Assembly (NCBI GenBank): GCA_951406725.2
Contig: OX597822.1
Span: 95,480,001 to 95,544,000, forward strand
DNA from: Octopus vulgaris
Lineage: Eukaryota
Reading direction: 5' to 3'
DNA: 64,000 nucleotides
Below the pieces are notes generated by a model, which was given only the letters and a program-made list of their open reading frames with translations, was not told where the DNA came from and did not search any database. This document shows positions 54,603 through 64,000 of the stretch, piece by piece. A program made the translations under genes and the position numbers. Within the stretch, counting starts at the first letter, position 1. The number at the start of each line of letters is the position of its first letter.

Positions 54603-54672
<70 letters not shown>

Positions 54673-54677
<5 letters not shown>

Positions 54678-54858
54678 CGTTGGCGATTTTTTTCCCTCTG
54701 TCTTCCCTTCTCTGGATCTTTCTTTCTCCTATGTTTCCGACGAAGAGCTCCGCTCGAAACGTTAAACCCTCCTTCTTTCCTGAGCGTCCAATAATACTAT
54801 ATTTGTTCCACGTCCTCGCGTTGTTGTGTTTTTTTTTGTGCTTTCTTGTTTGGATTAA

Positions 54859-54861
<3 letters not shown>
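54673..54861 (+). mobile_element. Short (TA)n-flanked element with a minimal hammerhead (54733-54767)
   Basis: The 35-nt HHR motif is identical to 42862-42896, while flanking sequence differs at several sites. Confidence 0.8.
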
Positions 54862-54926
<65 letters not shown>

Positions 54927-55235
54927 TTTGATACTTTGATAGGTTTCGGCCATTATTGGCCCAGGCCATGTCTAACGACATATATATATATATATATATA
55001 TATATGACGGGTATTCTGTTGCTTAGCGATTCCGATTCCTAAGCTTCTTAACCATGTATCAAAGCATGATGCGGTACTGATGAGACTAACGACTAATTCT
55101 GATTTGAAAGTGCAACAGCAGCAACAGCAGTAACGTTATCATCATCATTATAATCCCCGCCACCACCACCACCACCAAGACCATCACCATCATCATCATC
55201 ATCATCATCATCATAATCATCATCATTATAATCAC

Positions 55236-55286
<51 letters not shown>

Positions 55287-56284
55287 AATCATCATCATTA
55301 TAATCACCATCATCATCATCATCATCATCATCGTCATCATAATCATCATCATAAAACAACAACTACAACACATCAACTTCAAGCATAACAAAAAAGAACA
55401 AAATTTCATAACAGATATGATTGCAAACACAGAAGATGTGCAACAAGGAAATAAAATACAAAGATAGTTGTAAAAACAAAACAAAAACAAAACAAAAAAA
55501 AAAAAAAACAAAAACAAAACAAAGACGAAACAAAAGAAAGCAAAAAAAAAAAAAAAACAACCAGCGGTAAAAAAACACCCCAGAAGAATAGCAGAGAAAT
55601 TATTACGACAACGTAAAAATCGGAATAGCCATAACAACAATAACAACAACACTAGCAGCAACAATAAGCCTAAGAGCTCCGATAAGAACATTCTGCGGTA
55701 TACGTAATGTTTAGTGAAAGCTAGATAATTCTCCCTGAAGAGATTTCGATAAAGTGTCTATTTCCCATTTATCTATTAGATATGGAATTGTTAGAGAACT
55801 TTTAACAGTTATTGCTATTGTAAGCACACCGAACTTTTGACTTAAAAGAAAGCAACATTAATTACTAAATGAAACTGCCATAATTAATTAAGCATTGTAC
55901 AATATAGAAGTGAAAGAATCGGAGTGTAACATTGTAAGTCTCAAGTATTCATCTTGTGAAAGGGCAGACTTTATGTGGTCATTAGATCAACAAGAAATAG
56001 GAAATAAATCAAATTATGCCTTTAAACTACACCCAAAGTCTTTATAAGACAATCGACACATTAAACAAGGCCGTTCAATATTTCTGAAAAAGTAAAAGAA
56101 AAAAAAAAGGTGATGGTCATAGCTGGAATGCCTCTGATTGCAGGTCTGCTCAGCTAGTGATAATGGCCATATGACTAAACGCTGACAATCAGCGTGTGTT
56201 CGTGTTTGAAACTATACTGAAGATGTGGCCAACGACTACTACCGATTTGAATATGGAGCAGCATCGGATCGACAGCAGTGGTAT

Positions 56285-56609
56285 CGTCGTCGTTGTCATT
56301 AACATTATCATCATCATCATCATCATCATCGTCGTCGTCGTCGTCGTCATCATCATCATCATCATCGTCGTCGTCATCATAATCATCGATATCGTAATCA
56401 CCGTCATCATCAACATTGTTGTCGTCGTCGTCGTCGTCATAATTATCATCATCGGCGTTGTGGTTCTCGTGGTCAAAAGTCATCATCGTCATCATAATTA
56501 TCATCATCATCATCATAACATTATCATTATCATCATCGCCACATACCATTTTCATCATCATCATCATCATCGTCATCATAATTATCATCATCATCATCAC
56601 ATTACCATT

Positions 56610-56652
<43 letters not shown>

Positions 56653-57150
56653 CCATCATCATCATCATCGTCGTCATCGTCAACATCGTCATTCTCGTCG
56701 TCGTCTGCATCAACATCATCATCATCAACCACCACCCACCACCACCACCACCAACCACCACTAACCACCACTAACCACCACCACCAACCACTAACCACCA
56801 CTAACCACCAACACCAACCACCACTAACCACCACCACCACCAACCACCACCACCACCACCACCATCACCACCACCACCACCACCAACCACAACCACCACC
56901 ACCACCACCAACAACAACAACAACCACAACCACCACCACCACCACCACCACCACCACCACCCACAACACCACCACCACCACCACCACCACTACCACCACT
57001 AACCACCACCACCACCACCACCACCACGAACCACCACCACGAACCACCACCACTAACCACCACCACCACCTCCCACCACCACCACCACCACCACAACCAC
57101 CACCACCCACCACCACCCACCACCACCACCACAACCACCACGACCCACCA
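56285..57150. repeat. ~870-bp compound trinucleotide tract (ATC/GTC grading to ACC)
   Basis: Directly visible; produces homopolymeric ORFs in all frames. Confidence 0.95.
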
Positions 57151-57797
57151 TAATAATAATAAGCACTGAGGTGGATTCGTTCGACTAAATCTCTGTAAGG
57201 TGGCTGGCTAGGGTCATCGTCTGAAAAATAGACAAAAAAGGAAAACAAAAGATTCATTCTTTTTTGCAGCCTGTCACTAATTGATTGGTTAGTTATGATT
57301 GTTCGTCTTTTCAGTTGTTTGACGATGTTAATAGTGACGTTTTGCTTGAATATAGCCTTAGATATGTTCTGAATTGTTTATTTGCTTCACTCGATTCCAA
57401 TGGTTCATTAGTGGCTATCGTGTGTCCACTTAGCAGTGCCGGTTCTAATCAATGCTATTGTTGTTTACGTTTGCCTTCTCGTTTATATTCATCGTAGTTT
57501 TCTCGAAACAAGTATCTACTGGTCTATTTTCACTTAATTGCTTTGTTTTTATCGGTCATATATATTAGGAAGATCAGCAAATTATTATCTTTTTGTTTTG
57601 TCGCAATCGAACGTAGTTTACTGTTGTGACTGTTCGGCAAAAAAAATATGAGTACCTGGAATATTTCACCTGCCAGTAGATCTTCATTCTTTTAATGTAA
57701 GTAACCGAAGGTACTTCTCTAACTTATGAATGTACGTATGTATGTAAAAGCACACACATACACATAAATAAATATACATACGTTTATATGCATGCAC

Positions 57798-59195
<1,398 letters not shown>

Positions 59196-59539
59196 AAATC
59201 AAAGCCCGTGGGCCATATGACTGTGTAAATGTGTGTGTGTATGTGTGTGTGTTTGGATATGTGTTGTTTGCAACACCAGTAAACGTTTTATTTACCGTTT
59301 ACCTATATATCAGTGGCGACAAATTTCGCTTAAGCATATAGCTGGGTGTAGTTATTGACAACACTCGGCGACGCAGAAATACATCTTGTGTTATCTGCAG
59401 ATTCTGGGACGATTTTCGTATCCCGCCTAATATATTGTGTTTTTAAACAAAGCACATACATAAGATCGCAGTAATTTGCTTTTACCAATGTTTTTACACA
59501 AGCACGAGCGCACACACACATACAAACACACACACACAC

Positions 59540-62100
59540 GGCGATGGGAAGGTGGTGAAGCATGCAGACCTGACGGGTTGGAAGCATGTAGTCAGTGTCC
59601 TGCACGTTGGCGGCTCATGCTAAATATAAAGTCGTTTCCTTGTCGCCCAAGACAGCGGTAGAATTCGGTTGCTCTATGGATATATGAGCAGTTCCATTTA
59701 GAGAGGGCACTGCTCACCCGGAGGCCGGGAAGGTTCTGGAAAAGGTGAAGCAAAAATTACCTATATCTGGTCAGTTTAACGTGACAGAATGATGTCCACC
59801 CTGGATGGAACTTGAACATTTCATGTCGGAATGTGCGCACTCTGTTGGATAACAAAAGTGATTGTAGGCCTGAAAGACGCACTGCACTTGTTGCTCGCGA
59901 GCTAAACCGCTATAACATTGATATAGCCGCACTTTCAGAGACTCGTACAAAGGTGATGGTCAGTTTGAGGAAGTAGGAAGTGGATACCCGTTTTTTTTTG
60001 GAAGAGGAGGAAGAAGGAGGTGCGCAGAGAGGTTGGTGTTGGCTTTGCGGTTCGATCTGATATCCTTAAGAAGTTGTAGGAGCTTCCTGTTCATATAAAT
60101 GAACGTCTAATAACTCTACGATTGCACCTGAAAGGTAGGCGGTTTGCTACTCTAATAAGTGCTTGTGCACCTACTTTGACTAGTTATGATGAAGATAAAA
60201 CTATATTTTATACCCAGCTGAGAGCCATACTTAGGAAAATCCCCAATTCTGATAAAGACATTCTACTGGGAGATTTCAATGCCAGGGTTGGAACAGACTG
60301 GCAAACATGGAACTCTCTAAGAGGTTTTGGTGTAGGGAAATGGTTAGCAATGGTGTCATGCTGCTGGAGCTTTGCAATGAACATGGACATTACATCACAA
60401 GCACTCATTTCATGCACAAAAGTAATCACACAACAACGTGGATGCATCCAAAGTCTAAAGTTTGACACTTACTAGATTTTTGTCATCATCCGTAAGCGTG
60501 ACATCTATGACATTTCTAATGTCATGTCCTTTCATGGGTCGGAATGCTCGATAGACCACAGTCTAGTGCGAGCAAAGTTCCGGATGATGATTGTGAGAAA
60601 AGGCGGTGAGCTGGCAGAAACGTTAGCACGCCGGGCGAAATGCGTAGCCGTATTTCGTCTGCCGTTACGTTCTCAGTTCAAATTCCGCCGAGGTCGACTT
60701 TGCCTTTCATCCTTTCGGGGGTCGATAAATTAAGTACCAGTTACGCACTGGGGTCGATGTAATCGACTTAATCCGTGTGTCTGTCCTTCTTTGTCCCCTC
60801 TGTGTTTAGCCATTTATGGGTAGTAAAGAAACAGATTGTGGGGAAAGAGAGAAGAAGGCCAGTCGGCATTCCTCGGTGTTTGAATTTCCACAAGATATAT
60901 TATGGTGCGTTGAGGAAAGAGTTTCAAACTCGCTTGTCCAGCATTGAAAATACTTCAGTATGGGAAGATTTTCAAGACCAGGTTCTTCAATGTGCTGAGA
61001 TATGCTACTGCCAGACAGAGAGACTGGTTTGATGGAAATAAAAGCTGAAGTTCAGCGGCCATTGGTTGTAAAGCACCTGTTCACAATGTATTGCTGCACA
61101 GAGGACTTTCATCTGTGCAGCGAAACCTAGCACTTTCCCAATATAGCAGTGTAAAATCACTACAGCAAAGATCTCTCAGGAAGATGCAGAACACTTGGTA
61201 GGAGGATCTTGCTCGTGATGTTCAGGCAGCTGCTGATGGAAATGATAGCAAGAAGTTTTATCATCTTATGAAGCAAGTTTATGTGCCTAAGAGTTCCGCA
61301 TCAGCTCCTTTGCTTTCCAAGGAAAATCAGCAGAAATCACAGGTAGCTGGATCGAACACTACTCTGAACTCCTAAACCATGAGTCAGTTGTGGATGAAAC
61401 AGTGATTGAAACTATGCAACAAAGGCCTACCGTTGGTTTCTTAAATTCCACGCCCTCAACAGATAAAGTAATGACATCGATAAGTAAATTGAATCTTGGT
61501 AGGGCACCTGGAAGGAAGGATGGAAATTGCTCTGAGGTTTTGCGATTTGGTGGTAATTACATTATACAATCCCTTCATGAATTTATTAGTGTAGTCTGGA
61601 GGGATGGTGCAATGCATAAGGATTGGAAGGATGCAATTATTCTTCCTCTCTATAAAGGAAAATGAGCCAGAACAATGTTTGGTAACTACAGAAGTATTGC
61701 TCTACTATCAGCTGCTGGCAAGGTTCTGGCAAATATTCTTCTCACCCGCCTGAATGGGTGTCTCGTAAATGATGTTCTATCTGAATCTCAATGTGGCTTT
61801 CGATCTGGTAGAGGGACAATGGATATGATTTTAACAGCAAGACAGATGCAGGAGAAGTACTCTGAGCAGAATATGGATCTTGTCCAGGTAATCATTGATA
61901 TAACGAAGGCCTTTGATACTGTGAATAAGGTCTTGCTATGGAAAATACTTGGCAAACTTTGTATCTATGCTTTGTATCTGAAGTTAAATCCTTTCATGAT
62001 GGGATGAAGGCTTGGGACAATGTTGGTGATGACATGTTGGGACCCATTCCTGTAGAGAATGGTGTCAAACAGGTTGACATCCTTGCTGCTTTTCCTCATT
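59540..62100 (+). mobile_element. RTE-clade LINE with 5' end, EN and RT N-half, decayed
   Basis: NVRTLLDN..RPERRTALVARELNRYNIDIAALSETR, ISACAPT, ILLGDFNARVG, DWKDAIILPLYKGK, NYRSIALLS, ESQCGFRSGRGTMDMI and DITKAFDTV. Confidence 0.93.
60601..60833 (+). mobile_element. SINE family C nested in the RTE
   Basis: Imperfect TSD gattgtgagaaa / gattgtggggaaa. Confidence 0.92.
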
Positions 62101-62540
62101 TCTTTTTTTGCTAAGGTTAGCTCTCTGGGAACATATGCCTCCAGAGCCATTGAAGAAACTGTAGTCATCAACTGATCAAGATTGCAAGCACTTCCAAAAC
62201 AAAATTAGACAATACAACGCTGCACTACAGACGACATCATTTAGAGTTACAAGAGATTTAACTGAGCCAAGATTCATGCAAACTTTCAAGATCCAAGGTC
62301 AGATTTATCATCATGTTGGATCTCTACTACATCTGTCAAATGAATCACCAAAACCGGCCTTTCGTTGTTTATAATCTGTACTTGTTTTTTGTTTACGAAA
62401 TAAGCTACACAAAGCGTGTTTCTGAATTATGTGTATTTACTTTATACACATATATGATTTGAAACCTCTGTGTAATCTAGACGGCGTTTTTAAATTTCAT
62501 TATTTAACCCAACTATTTAACCCAAGCTGGGTACATCTGC

Positions 62541-62578
<38 letters not shown>

Positions 62579-62595
62579 TTATTTATTTATTTATT

Positions 62596-62755
62596 ATTAT
62601 TTGAGGGAATAAAATCCAAACTTACAAGGAAAAAGAATTCTATTTAGAAATACTAAATCAAATTCCACACAATATAATATATATATAAAATATTAGAAAA
62701 AACCCACCTTAAATCAATTCAAAATGAATAATTAAATTACACCATCTAGAAAATT

Positions 62756-62827
<72 letters not shown>

Positions 62828-63069
62828 TAAAGTATATTTATTAATTAATTGTTCTATTATAATTTTAACCTGATGAGCGACTATATTTATATGCAAGTGA
62901 TTTCTCTACTACTATAAGTATTTCTTAAATATAGCAGCGAAACACGTGTCGTTTTTCTACCTATTATATACATTATATTATTTTTGTAACTTACTTAATC
63001 TTTGCCTTTTAATTGTTATTTTAATTTTAACTTTTCTATTATATGTAATTTTCAAGATGGTGTAATTTA

Positions 63070-63075
<6 letters not shown>
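62596..63075. mobile_element. PLE-like termini in inverted orientation, with a hammerhead
   Basis: attaaattacaccatctagaaaatta (~62731) versus taattttcaagatggtgtaatttaat (~63046), with (TA)n on both sides. Confidence 0.65.
62867..62953 (+). ncRNA. Type I hammerhead motif with extended stem II
   Basis: aac-CTGATGA-gcgactatattta...taaatatagcagc-GAAA-cacgtg-TC-gtt. Stem III is palindromic and the triplet is GUC. Confidence 0.75.
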
Positions 63076-63125
<50 letters not shown>

Positions 63126-63404
63126 AGTAGTAACAACAGATTATGCTCCACCTTAATAACAGAACCAAACGTAATTATCTGATGGAGAATGCAGGGGGAC
63201 ATCTATATAAGTAATTCATCGATTATTTCATTTTAGATTTATTGCACATTTCGTTATTTTCAGATTTGTATTGCTAATGTGCACAGTAATCGCCAGTTGG
63301 CCATCACTCATTAACAGAGAACAAGTCAATTCAATAAGAAGTAAATGGAAAGGAATTAAAATGAGAGGAATGAAGCGGTAAAAGTAGGAAGGTCGAGAAG
63401 GATA

Positions 63405-63450
<46 letters not shown>

Positions 63451-64000
63451 CGTGTGTGAGTGTAAGAGAATGAGAGAGAGTAAAAAGTTAGATGTGTGAG
63501 GCGAACGATATGTGAGGAAGGTAAAATTTCGGAGAAGCGTGTTAGGAGAAAAGCAATGTGTCAAACAAGGCAAAAAGAAAATGTGAGGGTCTCAAGAGGA
63601 ATGAGAGAGCGAAAACAATAAGTAGAACAGAACGAAGAGGAGATAATGAACAACGGTCTGAAAATAACTATTGTTCCATCCAAACACGCATTACACGCGA
63701 GCATCCAGACACGCGTACATATATAGCAACAAATACAATTCTCTTAGATAAAGTTGTAGAACAAAGCACTATGGAGTCTATAAACAGTGAATAACAGAGC
63801 ATGCAAACATACTCTGCGACCATATGTACGCATACACGCATACACGCATACATATAGACGTCGCAGCAAAGAGCATAGCGTCATAATACCCCTATATGCG
63901 TAGATGCATGTATATATATATAGGCATCCATACAGACGATCATACATGTGCTTTCATGCAGTCATATCCTGCAAAAATCTTGGCTACATTTACATTTATA

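Noticed and set aside
54925-54980. ggcc...ggccGAAAcctaTC on the minus strand as a hammerhead
   Set aside because: CUGANGA is absent. The duplicated atcaaagt end suggests a retroposon 3' stub.
55086-55691. 201-aa hydrophobic Met-rich ORF
   Set aside because: Product of (ATC)n and A-rich tracts.
56755-56830. ccactaa repeats as interstitial telomere
   Set aside because: Not CCCTAA. They are variants within an (ACC)n tract.
56175-57257. Long ORFs (222, 231 and 192 aa) rich in D/H/T/P/S
   Set aside because: Stop-free read-through of ATC/GTC/ACC trinucleotide tracts in several frames on both strands, with no domain.

Overview
AT-rich, repeat-saturated animal DNA. The SINE families look like those I recall from Octopus, but that assignment is unverified. 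No intact protein-coding gene or credible host exon is visible; nearly all ORF-track entries are microsatellite read-throughs or transposon remnants. The window holds several modular tRNA-derived SINE families, many with clear TSDs, and R4/Dong-type LINE 3' ends stacked in (TAA)n arrays. It also holds RTE LINE remnants, Penelope-like (PLE) fragments, a full-length but broken Tc1-like element with DD37 spacing, a Tigger element with a nested Helitron, a second Helitron, a hAT MITE and mariner fragments. The main signal hidden from the ORF track is about 10 hammerhead-ribozyme (HHR) motifs, found by hand. Three sit in ~190-210 bp modules embedded in (TA)n, and one appears to have type II topology. 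A decayed, possibly tyrosine-recombinase-coding region next to a ~350 bp foldback with tRNA-like arms is also notable. All RNA folds were paired by eye, not computed.
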